NCBI GenBank assembly: GCA_003641405.1
Contig: QNAF01000002.1
Span: forward strand, 1-35,109
DNA length: 35,109 nt
DNA from: Candidatus Zixiibacteriota bacterium
GTDB taxonomy: Bacteria; Zixibacteria; MSB-5A5; GN15; FEB-12
Direction of reading: 5' to 3'
A model generated the notes under the pieces. The model had not been told where the DNA came from. It saw only the letters and a list, made by a program, of their open reading frames with translations, and did not search any database. Positions 34,397-35,109 of the stretch are shown here, in pieces. The stretch's first letter is position 1; each line of letters begins with the position of its first letter. Both the position numbers and the translations under genes were made by a program.

Positions 34397-35109
34397 ATGA
34401 GACATATTAAAGGGTTCGTTATAGGCTTGGCTATAGTTGTAATCTGTGCAGTGTGGCTTGGCAGTGGTGGGTGTAACGCCGACAAGCCCACACAGCCCAC
34501 AGCGCCAAAGGACTATGCTGTCTACTTCTGGGACGCTTCGCATGACAACTGGTACTACTCGTACAGACCTTTGTCCAACGCTTTAGATTCTTTCTACCTG
34601 CCTTTCCGGACACAGAGCATTGTTGTCTCCGCCGACGGCCAACATCTTTATGTTTATGCCGGGAGTTTTACTGCGGTAGTGAATCTGGACTCGCACACAG
34701 TTAAACGGGAGCTTCCGGGCTTCACTCCTCTGGCCGTCTCACCGGACAACCGGTTGGTCGCCATGGAGGGTGCCGACGGTTTGCATATTCTCCGAACCTC
34801 CGATTACTCTGTAGCATATTACGATACGACCGTAGTGCAAAGAGGAGTGTTCTCGGCTGATTCCAAAAGCTTCTATGGGGTAGGTGGCTGGGTACCACAC
34901 GGCTCACCTTATGCATATCAAACGGACATAACAGACACGGCTACTGCTGGCTCATTACGTTGGTTTGCTGACGGAAGCCCAAGTGACTTTGTCCCCTCCC
35001 TTGATGAGACCAGGATGTTCTTGTACTTGTCGTATTCTACGTTTGGATCCCTTTTTGCTGTCTATGATGCTGCCTCGGACTCAATCATATTCAGGGATTT
35101 CTTTTCACC
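34397..35109 (+). CDS. Probable lipoprotein with YVTN/YncE-like beta-propeller repeats (partial, runs off the right window edge)
   Basis: My own translation from the ATG at 34397 (GGGGAG SD upstream) finds no stop up to 35109. The product reads MRHIKGFVIGLAIVVICAVWLGSGGC (signal plus lipobox-like Cys), then repeated blocks VSADGQHLYV, VSPDNRLVA, FSADSKSFYG and LDETRMFLY. It is not in the ORF track because it is open-ended. Confidence 0.7.
   Translation, partial: MRHIKGFVIGLAIVVICAVWLGSGGCNADKPTQPTAPKDYAVYFWDASHDNWYYSYRPLSNALDSFYLPFRTQSIVVSADGQHLYVYAGSFTAVVNLDSHTVKRELPGFTPLAVSPDNRLVAMEGADGLHILRTSDYSVAYYDTTVVQRGVFSADSKSFYGVGGWVPHGSPYAYQTDITDTATAGSLRWFADGSPSDFVPSLDETRMFLYLSYSTFGSLFAVYDAASDSIIFRDFFS

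Overview
This 35.1 kb bacterial window is mostly housekeeping and envelope genes. I found no rRNA, tRNA, CRISPR array or recognisable defence system by eye.

**Gene content, left to right**
- 1-120: the window-truncated end of an IS3-family insertion sequence. It is followed by about 670 bp with no convincing gene, then an orphan hypothetical gene with its own SD and a strong terminator.
- 1619-3085: an HD-GYP phosphodiesterase and RidA.
- 3318-13400: a tightly packed 11-gene complex I operon, nuoABCDHIJKLMN. It has no nuoEFG, and NuoI carries an unusual Lys/Pro/Glu-rich tail.
- 13417-16282: a near-consensus sigma70 promoter driving DUF502, a PTS-EIIA/CBS fusion and a CaCA-type cation antiporter.
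- 16283-16583: a convergent intergenic region with two inverted pairs of hairpin or palindrome elements. One pair looks like a REPIN.
- 16584-21317, minus strand: a double M16 zinc peptidase, then a Na/Pi cotransporter and a PhoU-like protein. The cotransporter is preceded by three tandem 11-bp Pho-box-like repeats.
- 22058-24739: secD and secF.
- 24873-35109: an envelope neighbourhood made almost entirely of uncharacterised families. It holds a secreted DUF4159 protein, a 1151-aa membrane-anchored coiled-coil and low-complexity giant, a TPR protein, a small LapA-like membrane protein, a DUF2723 (GT-C-like) plus TPR protein, and a partial beta-propeller lipoprotein behind a G9 tract.

**Best candidate for an undescribed system**
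The DUF4159 / giant / TPR module at 24873-31023 is my best candidate. This rests on domain recollection and architecture only. No homology search was possible.

**Limits**
All family calls come from reading motifs in the supplied translations. The taxonomic origin is unknown. An uncultured FCB-like or candidate-phylum lineage is only a guess.
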